A DNA stretch of 61,984 nucleotides, the filler included, from Vannella sp. (taxonomy: Eukaryota): NCBI GenBank assembly GCA_023345925.1. It is 7 parts of 7 records of this genome, joined end to end, with 100 filler letters (N's around TTAATTAATTAA, not from the genome) between each part and the next. Parts side by side here need not be neighbours in the genome. Positions count along the whole stretch, not along the records: positions 10,746 to 27,188 come from JAJQQN010000905.1; 6 more parts are not named here. The stretch is one strand, 5' to 3'. The translations under genes were made by a program, and so were the position numbers. Below, in pieces: positions 13,894 to 25,065 of the stretch (position 1 is the stretch's first letter; each line of letters starts with the position of its first letter). Under the pieces are notes generated by a model. It saw only the letters and a list, made by a program, of their open reading frames with translations, ran no database searches and was not told where the DNA came from.

Positions 13894-14460
13894 TCACTTG
13901 AAGACGATGGTCTTGTCCGAGAGGTTAAGAAGAGTTCCATCCCCAGGAATCCACCATTTCAGCAGGAATTCTTTTCGCGTTTCAAGTCTCTCCAGGGCGA
14001 TGAGTTCACCTTCGGTTAGCTTTTTCTTGTTGAGTTTCTTGTCTTTGTCCCAAACAATGACAACGCACTGGCAATTGCTCTTCAACTTGTACTTCCCGGC
14101 AAGATGCAATGTTTCTTGAAGTGAGTCTTTCACATCTTTGAGGCCCTTAAACTCTCGATAGACCAGACGGCTATCTTCTGTGAACTTCAGTGACTCTTCC
14201 CGTACTGCTCGAGGTTGTGATGCCGGATCTTCTGGCTTGCGAGGGAGAATCTCTCCTCGTACAAAGGTTGCTGTAGTCAGGAAGCGCACCACTTTTTGCT
14301 CAAACGTTAAGACTACCTCTTGTTCGCTTGGGGTCTCCCGAACGATGCGTTTTTCACTATCTGTGGCATCGAATACGACATACACTTGCCCTGGTTGCAC
14401 TTGATAGAGCCCTTTGGGTGGCTGTGGCTTATACTTTAAAGCCAGCGGCCTTCTCTGCAT
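13894..14460 (-). CDS. Hypothetical protein (5' end uncertain)
   Basis: 188-aa ORF with protein-like composition. CACTAATGCAG at its 5' end could be a splice acceptor rather than a start. Confidence 0.55.
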   Translation of the reverse strand: MQRRPLALKYKPQPPKGLYQVQPGQVYVVFDATDSEKRIVRETPSEQEVVLTFEQKVVRFLTTATFVRGEILPRKPEDPASQPRAVREESLKFTEDSRLVYREFKGLKDVKDSLQETLHLAGKYKLKSNCQCVVIVWDKDKKLNKKKLTEGELIALERLETRKEFLLKWWIPGDGTLLNLSDKTIVFK

Positions 14461-14565
14461 TAGTGAAACTCTCCTGCTTGAAGTTCGAGTGGTCCTTACC
14501 CTTTTGGTGACGAGGCCAGCCGCAGAACGGGTCGGCGGATGATGAATCGTTCTCGTACGTTGTCC

Positions 14566-15196
14566 TCAGTCACCTGTGAAGTGGGCCAGAAACAGACTTG
14601 ATTCTTGCAACGCAGCTCCACTGTACCACACTCTCCCATGAGGTGGAGCCGTCCCCAAAGTCGAGAACTCCTCACCTGTTGTTGGACTGAAGGCACCAGG
14701 CTTCGGTGAAGCAGCAGCTTTAGCAACTGGGAGCTGAGACAGATCTTCTCCATGCACAGAAGAAGCGACAGAAGGGGTGTACACGACGGTTGTGTTGGTG
14801 GGAGCGTTCGGTTTGATCTTACTCGCTATAACGTTGGAAGCGCGCGTCTTAACTTGATGAGGCGCCCTGCGTAGCTCTTCTAGCTCCTGTGCACGCTTGG
14901 CTGCGCGCTCCTCTGCCGTCCCGTGGTCATGAAGAGAGTACCGCTCAATCATGAGCGTGTCCCGGGCGTCCTTCTTCGCCCAGGCAGTGTACTTGGCCTC
15001 ATTCTTCTCAAACGAGGTCTTCTGCATCTCCTCTCGTTCCCGTTCCATCTGCACTTTCCGCGCTTTGGCGGCGTCGTCCGCGCGGTTCTTCTTAGTCCAG
15101 TCGTCTTCCCACTCCTTGAACTTGGCTGCCTCCTCCGCCTTCTTCTCCTTCTTCGCTAGCTTCCGCTCCATCGTCGTAGGCAAGATCAGGTCCATC
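14566..15196 (-). CDS. Hypothetical charged coiled-coil protein (3' end uncertain)
   Basis: K/E/R-rich helical ORF with probable splicing near its 3' end. Confidence 0.55.
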
Positions 15197-15287
15197 CTCT
15201 GTCTCTGCGCGTGTGAGGCCTGGCAAGGCCAAGAGGGAATCCCAAAGATGCTTAGAACAGGTTTATATACAACAGAGAGACTCTCAC

Positions 15288-16583
15288 TCACACAGAAGAC
15301 GCGTAGCTCCGGAACGAGCTCAAAGCCTCGTCCTCGGAAGGGATGTCTTGCTCGGAGGAGCGGAACAGGTCATCGAACTCACCAGTGGTGTACAAGCTCC
15401 CTTGGGATAGGATGGCTTCTGATGCGGCTTGGTTCTCGGGTCGTCGTTCGGGCTTGTCGTCGTACTCGGCCATGATCGAGGCGTACCACTTGCGCCGGTC
15501 TGGGGTGGACTCGTTGGATGAGGAGGTGAGAGGAGGTCCACTGTAGGATTCATCACGAGAACAAAGGCGCCAGAACTTGGAGCAACACAGACATCTCTTG
15601 CTTACTCGGAGGAACTTTCCGATCTGATGGAAGAAGGGGATGCGCATGAGCCGTTCTCGTACTTCATCGTTCAGACCGTAGACAATGGCATTCAATAGGC
15701 CTTGCAGTGGGAGCAGGAGGCCTGTCATCACGTACAATCCGAAGTAGACGCTCGAAGGATTGATGAGATGGAGCACTCCATTGATGATAGGGAACATCCA
15801 ACAGAGTATCAGCACCCCCAGGAAGTATCGGAACGTCACATGAAGACTATGAGACGTGCCCTTTGCGCTAACAAACTGTGGCATCTCTGGACCTCGAGAA
15901 GGCCCTCGAGGAGTGAACTGTTGCGCTTCTTTGTGCAAGTTCCACCACGTTAACGCATAGAAGACACCATTCAAAGTGAGTATGAAGAGTACCGGGATGT
16001 ACATCAAGAGATATCGGTACCTTTGATGGTCTTCATCGCCCCTGATCCAACACCAGAGCCCAGCATCCCCTACAGAGGATGTCAGTAGAATGATAAGCAC
16101 AGACAACGTCGGCAGGGACCAGCAGATGACGTGGTAAGGGACCTCGAATCGCTCTGGACGATCATCTCTGGCTGTGAGGACGGTAAAGACGGCGTGTGCG
16201 ATGCAGAGCGTCCATAAGACCCCTGCCAATAAGAGGAATTGTACAGATGCCCCTACTATGATGCACACAGCGTACTGAGGCTCGACTTCGGCTCCCCCTG
16301 AAACTGACCAAGGTCGAGTGAGAGCCCCAAAGATGAGTATAAGCGAGCTAAGCACTTGTGAGTGATGTATAGAACCAGCTAGTATCATATCGTACCAAAG
16401 AAGGTCCGTCACTGTCAGGTAAAGGATCAAACGGAGGTGAAAGACGCCCCACAAGTCCCGGAAACGCGAATAAGCCCATAAAACGAACATGCAAGCCAGT
16501 ACAGAGATAGCACCAGTAGTAGAAGTTAGCAACTGCAACACCACTTGCTCTCTTGGTGTCAAATCCTCATAATACGTCGTCAT
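15288..16583 (-). CDS. cAMP-receptor-like (cAR/Crl/GCR1-type) GPCR
   Basis: Seven hydrophobic segments with RLILYL..TDL, YHVICWSLP, GDAGLWCWI and PLQGLLNAIVYG. There is a probable short in-frame intron near 16350-16395. Confidence 0.88.
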   Translation of the reverse strand: MTTYYEDLTPREQVVLQLLTSTTGAISVLACMFVLWAYSRFRDLWGVFHLRLILYLTVTDLLWYDMILAGSIHHSQVLSSLILIFGALTRPWSVSGGAEVEPQYAVCIIVGASVQFLLLAGVLWTLCIAHAVFTVLTARDDRPERFEVPYHVICWSLPTLSVLIILLTSSVGDAGLWCWIRGDEDHQRYRYLLMYIPVLFILTLNGVFYALTWWNLHKEAQQFTPRGPSRGPEMPQFVSAKGTSHSLHVTFRYFLGVLILCWMFPIINGVLHLINPSSVYFGLYVMTGLLLPLQGLLNAIVYGLNDEVRERLMRIPFFHQIGKFLRVSKRCLCCSKFWRLCSRDESYSGPPLTSSSNESTPDRRKWYASIMAEYDDKPERRPENQAASEAILSQGSLYTTGEFDDLFRSSEQDIPSEDEALSSFRSYASSV

Positions 16584-16673
16584 GGATCTCCAAATGATGA
16601 GGGAGCACTCCCAGAGCGAAGGTGTGTCAGTGAAATGCTCAATTGTACACTTTATACGCTCGAGCCGGACTCT

Positions 16674-17057
16674 TTAGGTCCTAACGTGTTGTGTCCAAGC
16701 GGTAGTGATGGGCTGGGAGGGAGTTACAGGATCATGGGGCTCTCTGAAGCTTCCTTCTTTTTGCGAAGACCGCATTTAGCGATGTGACGACCTGGGATGA
16801 GTACAGTTCCGAGTGTGCATGTTTCGTGCGTCCATTCAGCTTCTAAAGAAGGAGATCAGCCTCCGCATAATGACCCTTCCCGATCTCTCCCCGAACGAAC
16901 CAGGAAGGTTGGGGATCGCGATGATCTGCTCCTGAATACTGTCTCGTAGAATCAGGTTCCTCTCCTGATCAACGCAATGAAACAGCCCTGTGATCACCCT
17001 CCCATCCACCACCTCCACACGCAGCTCTTCCCCAAGAAGGCGTCGCAGATCGGCCAT
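16674..17057 (-). CDS. NAA38: LSm-domain protein, NatC auxiliary subunit-like
   Basis: Sm1 motif (LRVEVVDGRVITGLFHCVDQERNLIL) spliced to Sm2 (LGTVLIPGRHI). Confidence 0.7.
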
Positions 17058-17169
17058 CCATAAATATCTACAAAATATCTTCCATTTGTCTCCACTTTGC
17101 TGAAATCAATTCAGCAAATCAAAGAGGGTATCTTTCCCTTCGAATGCCATCTGCTTCATTTTTTGGGAG

Positions 17170-17950
17170 ATGAATGCGGGACGACATGCGGTCTGGAAGG
17201 TGGAAAACTACGTAACCCAATTGGGTGGACGGGAGTTCTACGTGGACGGACATGGCACGGTGGCTCTGCTTGCTTTTGGTTTGGGTATTACCTTTGGCAG
17301 CGGATTCTTCCTGTTCCTTCTTTCGCAGTGCTGGGTCGACTTTGGTGCTTACTTGGTTTTCTTGTCCTTCTTCCATTGGTCAGAGTACATCCTTGTGGCC
17401 ATGCACCGCCGTGACCAACTCAGTGGCAATTGTACGTTCTCTTCTTCTCTTCCTACCGTCTGACTCACAGCGCTGGCCAGCTTTCCTTATCAACCACAGT
17501 ACTGAGTACTCTATCGCCTTCTTTGCTTGCTTAACTGAGTACCTAGTGGAGTGGTTCTTCTTCCCTTGGATGAAGAACAACTGGTTCTTCTACATCCCTG
17601 GTATTCTCTTGTGCGTGGTCGGTCTCATCTTCAGAGTGCTGGCTCAGCACCATGCGCGACAGAGCTTCACACATGAGGTGCAAGAGAGTAAGAGGGATGT
17701 ACACACCTTGATTACCACTGGCGTGTTCCAGTATCTCCGACACCCTGGCTACTTTGGTTGGTTCTGGTACACTGTCGGCACGCAAGTCCTTCTCGCCAAC
17801 CCCATCTGCCTCCCAGCCTTCGCTGTTGTGTCTTTCATGTTCTTCCGTGACCGTATTGAGTACGAGGAGCGGAAACTAGTCCAGTTCTTCGGCCAAGAAT
17901 ACGAAGACTTCCGCAAGAAGACTCCCGTCCTCATCCCCGGCATCAACTAA
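17170..17950 (+). CDS. ICMT: Isoprenylcysteine carboxyl methyltransferase
   Basis: FFHWSEY, FLINHS.EY, HTLITTGVFQYLRHPGYFGWF and RIEYEE..LVQFFGQEYEDF motifs. One intron near 17432-17480. Confidence 0.95.
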
Positions 17951-18175
17951 GATCTACATATGACTAAAGGGCGATACCATGATGAGCACCAGGGAGGAAC
18001 AACGCAATCCAGGACAACAAGGGTTCGTAACGGAGCAGGAATGCCTCTTCTACATTCTCCCTCGAAGAGCGTCGTTTAGAGTTTGTCCTTTGCAAGAGGA
18101 AGTATCTGGTGGCTAAGCGTAGTTACTGAGCGTACTTTGAGGCCTCAGACTTGCGCCGGGTTCCTCTTGATGGTC

Positions 18176-18751
18176 TCAGTTGGAGTGAGGAGAGGCGGGC
18201 AGCGTGGCTCCCTTCATCCGTGCGAAGCTGGGGATGATAAGAGTCTCTCTGGAGTGAAAGTCTTGCGTATTGTGGATGCTGTTGAGCCTTCGCAAGTCAC
18301 TCACTCGCACAGAATACTGCAAGGCAATGCCCTCCAAGGTTTCGTTGGGGTTGATGAAGTGGAAGCGACTGTCTTGCTCTCTGAACTCAGAAGGAATCGA
18401 TTCTTCACTCCATTCGCTCATATCCAAGTCAATCACCCCTTCCAAGCTCTGTTGGCGAGGATCGTCAACTTTTGGCGTTTCTCTGGTCCTGCGCGAGCCT
18501 TTCGCAACGATGGATCGAATAGACGTACGCTCGATGATCCTCGCTAACTCTTCTCGGTCGATTGCAGTGTACTTTTGCTCCTTTAGCTTCTTCTCCTTGG
18601 TAATGGCAGCAGCCCTCTCATACACCCGCCGTATCAAGCGATAGGGCGAGTCCTCCCTTTCTTCATTCTCCGCTCCCTCAAGTATCTCTTTGTCCCTTAT
18701 CGCAGAGGGTTCAACCGGTATCTCGAACAGGGCGCTCAGCACAGCGCCCAT
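18176..18751 (-). CDS. LysM-domain protein
   Basis: C-terminal HFINPNETLEGIALQYSVRVSDLRRLN..LIIP. The MGAVLS start could be myristoylated. Confidence 0.85.
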   Translation of the reverse strand: MGAVLSALFEIPVEPSAIRDKEILEGAENEEREDSPYRLIRRVYERAAAITKEKKLKEQKYTAIDREELARIIERTSIRSIVAKGSRRTRETPKVDDPRQQSLEGVIDLDMSEWSEESIPSEFREQDSRFHFINPNETLEGIALQYSVRVSDLRRLNSIHNTQDFHSRETLIIPSFARMKGATLPASPHSN

Positions 18752-18886
18752 CTGCCACTCCTTTCAGTTTGCCAAGAAATGAGAAAAAAATCAATAAAAA
18801 GCAGTTCTAATGTAAAAAGCGAAAATCCATTTTTGGCGGGAAAGTTAGTTGAAGGACGGTTGGTGAAGAACTGGGTCATTTGCTTG

Positions 18887-21121
18887 ATGAAGGGGTTCGT
18901 GGACCAGGTGACAACTCATGTTGAGAAGATTGAAGCTCTGTGGAAACAAATAGGTTGGTCCAGCGAGGAGCAGGATGGAATGAGAGAGGATCTCTTCCGT
19001 TCTATCGGGGGAATCTTCCAGGACTCCTTCGATGTAGCCTCTCAAAAGAAGCAACAGCTTACACACCAGATCGCCGAGCTTATAGATCAGATTCAGACCA
19101 TGAACAATGAGCTTGGCCAGACAAACACGTCCCTCCCCAACGGCGACCCTCTCCAACACCAACTCCAGCACCTCAGTTCCACGCTCACATCTCTCCAATC
19201 GCTTCATCAAGAGCGTTCCCGTCAGATTCAAGAGGCTCTGAACGACCTTCAGACACTGTACAGTGACCTCGGGATCGACACTTCCACAACGAATGCCGGT
19301 CTCGCCACTCTGCAGAAAGGCATTCCAGCCCTCTCGTTGGCGCTATTACAGCGCTATGAATCCAAAATCAAGTCCCTTACAGCACAGAGCAGTCAGTTGC
19401 AGGAGAAGGTGAATCAATTGAAGGAGAAAAAGTCTTCTTTATGCCAAAGCCTTGGAGAGCCTTCTGAAGGCCCTCCCTCCTCGATAAGAACAACCTTTGG
19501 CCAACATACGTGGTACACAAGCCAGATTCAGGAGTCTGAAGAGCGCCTGGCTGATAGAAAAGTGCAAATGGATGAGATAACGAAGAAAATGATTTCTGTT
19601 TGGAATGTCACAGAACAAGATGGCCCAGCTCGCGTTGAGGAGTTTCTGTCGACGTTCTCTACTTCTCTCTACTCAGTCACAGCAATCAAAGCTGCAGAAG
19701 AGCAGCTGAGGACTCTGAAAGCATCATACAGAGACAGTATTGTCCATCTGATCTCCCAACGACGCACCGCCATTACAGAATGGAGCGACCTCCTATCTCT
19801 CTCAGACACACAGAGGAGTGAATGGTTCAAGGAACGCCCAAATACTCAAAGGCCTGCAGATGACCAAAGTGACATGGAACTGGAAGATTCCCTGGCGCTG
19901 CTCTCTGCCCACGAGAAGTTTCTCCACGCTCAGTGGATAGAGTTAGCACCCTTTTACAAAGCTATTCGACACCGAGAGCAGCACGTAGCCAAGAGAGCTG
20001 ACATGGAGGAGAAAGCACGTTCCGATCCCAATCGTTGGCAAGCCAGAGGTGGCCGATTGCTTCAAGAAGAATCAGAACGGAAGAAGATTGCCAAGCAAAT
20101 CAAGATGAGCGAGACCTTCCTTGTTAAGGAGCTGAGTGCGTGGGAGCAGAAGCACCAAAAGCCATTCTTATACGAAGGGACGCGCTTTCTCACTCTCCTC
20201 CAGCCGAAGGAGGATCCTGCTACTACTTTCTCCAAGCCCACCATCTCCAACTCTCTGAAGCGAGCACGTTCCAACTCAAAAGGGCGGAATCCAACCCCGA
20301 AAGTGGCCCGGACCGCCACCCCTGGATCTGTTCGGAGGCCTGCAAACTCAACGAGAGCTCAAACTCCATGTTCGTCTGGAGCGATGACAGGTCCTATCCG
20401 ATTGCCACAAAGCGTTCAGGCTCCTTTGACCCAGGTAAAGCCGAAACAGCGAATAGTTGATACACCAAAGCCTCGAACAGCCACTCAGACCCTTCCAGGA
20501 GCTAAACTGGATTCGGAGTTGCATAATAAGTGTCCTGCTTCTTCTCCAGCTAAGGTAGAACCCAAGACGACCCATTGCTCGCTCTCCCCAACAAGTCAAT
20601 TCGACCAAGTCAGTCTCGACTTTGATCAAGAAGACGGTGATTTGCAGCAATTAGTGGATTCGGTGCACTTCATAGTGCCAGATGACGAGTTTTCTGACGA
20701 GGAATGCGTCGCTGTGAAGACTTGCCCGATTCTATTGCCCTCGTTCACCCCTCAGAAGGCGGAAAAGAATGACTCTTTGAAGACCTCTCCCAGAGCAACG
20801 CCATTCAAGTACACCAAGCGGATTGGGACGAAGAGCAAGGACTTAGATACGGTATCCCCTGTTCGCGCTCCACTTGGAGCTCTCAGCACAGCCAAGGCAG
20901 AAAGCAGAGTCACTCGCAGTAGAGCCGGGGCCAATTTACCTCCGACCTCGTTCACCGTGAAAGGACAAGATACACACCACAAAACCTTTGTGGTAACTTC
21001 GACTCCCCAAAGGTCAACGCTCCACGTCAAACGGAGCAAACGCAATGGAACTGACTTTCTCACTGGCAGCGCCGAAAACTTGATTGAGCCATCTCCATTG
21101 AATCTTTCGCGCCTTAAATAA
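18887..21121 (+). CDS. MAP65/Ase1/PRC1 microtubule bundler
   Basis: LWKQIG N-terminus, coiled coil, DPNRWQARGGRLLQEE signature, WEQKHQKPFLYEG and a basic disordered tail. Confidence 0.9.
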   Translation: MKGFVDQVTTHVEKIEALWKQIGWSSEEQDGMREDLFRSIGGIFQDSFDVASQKKQQLTHQIAELIDQIQTMNNELGQTNTSLPNGDPLQHQLQHLSSTLTSLQSLHQERSRQIQEALNDLQTLYSDLGIDTSTTNAGLATLQKGIPALSLALLQRYESKIKSLTAQSSQLQEKVNQLKEKKSSLCQSLGEPSEGPPSSIRTTFGQHTWYTSQIQESEERLADRKVQMDEITKKMISVWNVTEQDGPARVEEFLSTFSTSLYSVTAIKAAEEQLRTLKASYRDSIVHLISQRRTAITEWSDLLSLSDTQRSEWFKERPNTQRPADDQSDMELEDSLALLSAHEKFLHAQWIELAPFYKAIRHREQHVAKRADMEEKARSDPNRWQARGGRLLQEESERKKIAKQIKMSETFLVKELSAWEQKHQKPFLYEGTRFLTLLQPKEDPATTFSKPTISNSLKRARSNSKGRNPTPKVARTATPGSVRRPANSTRAQTPCSSGAMTGPIRLPQSVQAPLTQVKPKQRIVDTPKPRTATQTLPGAKLDSELHNKCPASSPAKVEPKTTHCSLSPTSQFDQVSLDFDQEDGDLQQLVDSVHFIVPDDEFSDEECVAVKTCPILLPSFTPQKAEKNDSLKTSPRATPFKYTKRIGTKSKDLDTVSPVRAPLGALSTAKAESRVTRSRAGANLPPTSFTVKGQDTHHKTFVVTSTPQRSTLHVKRSKRNGTDFLTGSAENLIEPSPLNLSRLK

Positions 21122-21220
21122 GCTTCTGTCTCCTCTTCATCTTCTTCTTCCTCGCCTCTTCACCTTTTGAAGCCAAAGCCCACCCACTTGAAGGGAGGAT
21201 TCCTCAAAAGGGAGTATTTC

Positions 21221-21632
21221 TTAGACATTCGGCTCTGCTGAGGCAGAGCTGGGAGTGCCCATTCTGTTCTTTCTGTAGTGAGTCCAGTGGGCCATCTGCT
21301 GCTCGGTTATGAAGCGGGTGAAGGCGGAATCGGAGAGTTTGGATCGAAAAGCTTCGTCTTGAAGAAGCACCAGGAAGTGGAGGCATTGAGGATACCGAAT
21401 GTACTTGACGTACTCTGGCTTCTGCCAATAGAGCAGATACCTCAAGTAGTTGATGAAGGCAGGATCAGAGAAGAAGTTTTGGACCGCCAAGACTTCCCCA
21501 CCCAGTCAGACAGACCCTCTTCCCACCCCTCTCCTCATGAAAGACCCACTCACAGTTCAGATACGAAGGATTCGCCAAACACTGGACAAACTCAAGCTCC
21601 AAGCAGAACCTTTGCTTGTCATCCGGCTCCAT
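21221..21632 (-). CDS. MED31: Mediator subunit 31
   Basis: RFCLELEFVQCLANPSYL, then an intron, then FINYLRYLLYWQKPEYVKYIRYPQCLHFL. Confidence 0.95.
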
Positions 21633-22663
21633 CACCGCCCGCTCCTGCCCACCAAGAAATGATCAGAGGATAGATAGTTAAGAAGTTCATGGGATTAGAT
21701 TTGAAGGGAGGGTGTGGGACTTGATGATCCTGGCCGAGGGATGCGTTTGCTCTCCCACTGAGTTAGATCTAGCTGGGCTTGCATCTTCTGTTGGTTGGAG
21801 AGGGAGGTATGAGGCTAGCAGGGACTGGGGTGTGTGTAGAGGACCTACCTCGTACTCCTCTTCAAGGGAGAAGGGCTTGGCGATCTCTTTTTTCATGGAT
21901 TTGTGGGAGACTGCGCCGCGATGGCGGTCTCGCATCTCGTACCTACCTTTGCTTACACGGTAGAGGTAAAACGTGCCAAAGGCGAGACACGCAAAGAACG
22001 GGACCCCGATTCGTGCAATCTAGATGGACCTTTGGGTCAGGAGCTCGCTCCCATTTTCTTGTGATGCTCTTAACTGGTTTGAACTGCGACCACAGAGTGC
22101 GCTTTCGATAGTGAACACGATAGCCCCCTCCCACAGCCTGTGAAGTGGGTGTCTTCCTCCAGAAGGCAAAGACCATGGTGAAATGCAATCCTGCGGACAC
22201 CATTCAAAGAGAATGAAATTTTGTGGACACGATTCAAAGCTGAAAGAATCCGAGAAGAAAAGAGGTAGAACACTGACCCAGTCGATGATGAACCTCAACC
22301 TCCCTTTGCCCATTTCTAGATGCCACGTTGACGGCTCCAGAACAGCTGTTAATTTATAGATCAGAATGCGTCCTTCAACTACAACCTGTGGCCAAGCAGA
22401 AAGCCTCTTACAACCTGTTGTCTCTCAGGTCTCCGAACGACACCTTATATATGTAGTACAAGACTGATTTATACTGATTTATACTGTTTTAGGTCGACTG
22501 AGAGCCTGCAGAAGTACCTCATGGCTTGACACCCCCTCTTGATGACTGCCTTGAGATGATGGCAAAAGGTTACTGTGGCATCTGTTCCTGAAAGAGCTAT
22601 CCTTGCTCAGCTGAAGCTCAGCTCTAAGCGTGCGGGAAATGGAGGCATTGGTTGAAAGAAATA

Positions 22664-23413
22664 TTATTTGAATATTTCCAATGACCAACAGAGCTCACCT
22701 TCGTGCATTACACTACGCCGCACTATCTCACCCTCGTCCAGAGACCTCGTAAAATCGGTGTAATCCAGGTGAGAGATATTAACCAACATGAGACGAAACT
22801 GCTCAACGAGTCGGAGCCGGAGCTCGTCGGGGTTGATCAGGGCCATCATACGGGCGGATTCGTGATCATACCAATATGCCCAGGTGGGCATATCGTTGGG
22901 GTGGACGGTAAGTGGGAATGTGCAGACTTTCGTCAGGTCGATCGTGTGAACCGCAGCGCTTCCGGGTATCAGGTCAACTGAGGGACTTAGAGGTGTATAC
23001 CATTCCTTGTCCTGGTCTAGGCGCCCCATGTAGATGGCAAGGTTGAAACGTGCCTTGGTCTGGTTATTGAAGAATGTAAGCACAGGTCGGCGTTTGTTGA
23101 GGGTGATCTGGTCGAAGAAGGGAAAGGCGACGGACGCGATTCCAATTTCCGGGTAGTTGTTCAGGACTTCAAGTAGGTAGGTTTCGCATTGTTTCTTCGT
23201 CCAAGGATTAGGGTCGATGGTAAGGTTCGTCCGGGGGCATTCCAGAGTGAAGAGACCGGAAGGAGCCTCCTCAATGACGACGATGAACTTGGAGCCGAGG
23301 TCGATCAAGCAGCGACAAATGGCGTTGAACTGCCTGGGTCCCTCTGTATCGTTCCATGGAGAGGGGAATGATTGTGTTCCAAGGATATGCCCTTGCACAG
23401 ACGTGTCGGACAT
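22664..23413 (-). CDS. Hypothetical protein, intronless
   Basis: 249-aa ATG-to-TAA ORF with an AT-rich upstream region and no recognisable motif. Confidence 0.65.
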   Translation of the reverse strand: MSDTSVQGHILGTQSFPSPWNDTEGPRQFNAICRCLIDLGSKFIVVIEEAPSGLFTLECPRTNLTIDPNPWTKKQCETYLLEVLNNYPEIGIASVAFPFFDQITLNKRRPVLTFFNNQTKARFNLAIYMGRLDQDKEWYTPLSPSVDLIPGSAAVHTIDLTKVCTFPLTVHPNDMPTWAYWYDHESARMMALINPDELRLRLVEQFRLMLVNISHLDYTDFTRSLDEGEIVRRSVMHEGELCWSLEIFK

Positions 23414-23581
23414 GAGGCTGGAATTCGCAATGATTTTTCTATTTCTGTTCCGGATTCTATAAATAGGCGAAAATTTTCGTTTTCAGGGTTAGATTGTGCA
23501 ATACCTCAGAAGAAAAATAGTCATGAATATCTGAATGATTCGGCTGAATGTCGAGTTTAATTTTAATCGGAATTGGTTGAT

Positions 23582-24750
23582 TCAAACCTTGGATTGAAGC
23601 TCTTCATCTGCATCCTGATCTTCTGAAACAGATTTGGGAGGGTCAGGGAGTGAGACTTTGGAGGCAGCTGCTTGTTCCTGCAATTTGACGCGCGTGTACC
23701 AGAACAAGCCGAAAAGTGTGACGGATACACCGAGAAGGTTGCCCAGAGAGGCTACTTGCCCGAAGAGCAAATAGCTACCAGCAAGGATGGCGGTCAGCTT
23801 GAAGTGTCCCACTGCATTATAAGTCAAGGGAGAGGTGCGACCGATCAGCAGGAATGTGCTCAGGTTCACGAACAGGGCTGCCAAGCAGGAAAGTCCCAGA
23901 ACCACCTGAGTTCCCACAGGAATCGTTGTCAGGCAGTTTCAAACACAGCAGAGGAAGCTACGAACCAAAAAGTCCACCTGCTGGAAGTCGTACGCAAGGA
24001 AAGCGGTGGTGTCCTCCATCCAAGGCCAAAGAACGAGTAACATGAGGGCAGAGAGAGGGGCTTGGTACATCAGTAGTTGTTGGCTGTTCACTTCATACTT
24101 GGTCTGATAGGTTCCAACCCACTGTCACGTCCCCCCATTGAGTAAACGTGGAACCGGAAGTGGAGATGCGTACGATCTGGTAGAAACTGGTCACCAAGAC
24201 ACCAGCTATGGCAATAACGGTTCCAAGTACGTTCAGTTCGACATCTGTGGTAGTGGCAATGAGAACCCCCACGCAGATGATGGCCAGAGTGACAAGGGTG
24301 GCTGAGGAGTTGCTCTTCTTGAACACAAGCAGCTGAATCAAGACGATGACAGGTGTAGTCAAGACTTTGCACACTTGGAAGAATCCCACAGAGTTGTACT
24401 GAAGGCTCATGTTCGTCAGCAGAACAAACCCACAGAAGGACGCAGACAGAGGCATCACCCCCAGAACAGGGATGCGCTTAAAGTCAAAGATCTTCACTCT
24501 AAACAGAACCACGATCGTTAGTCCAAGAGAGAGGGCTGATAGTTGATGAGGTGTCATACACGAAGCAAAGACCCAAACCGACACTTGTGAACACAAAGTG
24601 CATGAGAACGAGGGAGTAGGAGAACGGGAACTCCAGGAACTGGAAAAGCCACTTGTTGAAGAACACCACTCCTACACTGGAGATCACGTTCATCACCATG
24701 ATCGCCAAAGCGGCAAAGTCGACCGCAGACAGTTCTTCCTGCAAACCCAT
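23582..24750 (-). CDS. TPT-family nucleotide-sugar transporter (SLC35E3/UXT-like)
   Basis: NVISSVGVVFFNK, NMSLQYNSVGFFQVCKVLTTP and IGRTSPLTYNAVGHFK motifs across several exons. Confidence 0.9.
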
Positions 24751-25065
24751 CCCCCAACAAAGTCCAAAGAATGATTTCTTGACTCCCTCAAATTAATCAA
24801 AGGAATCATAACTAAGATCCAGTTTTCGAGAGCCCGCCCAATCGCGAAGAGTCACTTTGCACACTCTGAGAATGGAAAACAAGACTTTCTTCCTTCGCTG
24901 TCTTGGTGATACCGTCTTTATAAGAGTATCGATCGAGGCGCAGCTAACCCTTCGGCCGATGGGTTTTGATTGGGTGAGGCTCGAAAAGGGACAGTTCCTT
25001 GAAGGGTCTTGATATCTTCATCACAATTAAAGAGCCGCTCATTCTGCTTTCCTCCCTTCGAGGTT

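Noticed and set aside
21687..22313. Possible small spliced gene on the minus strand
   Set aside because: Several short ORFs, but no consistent splice model or recognisable motif.
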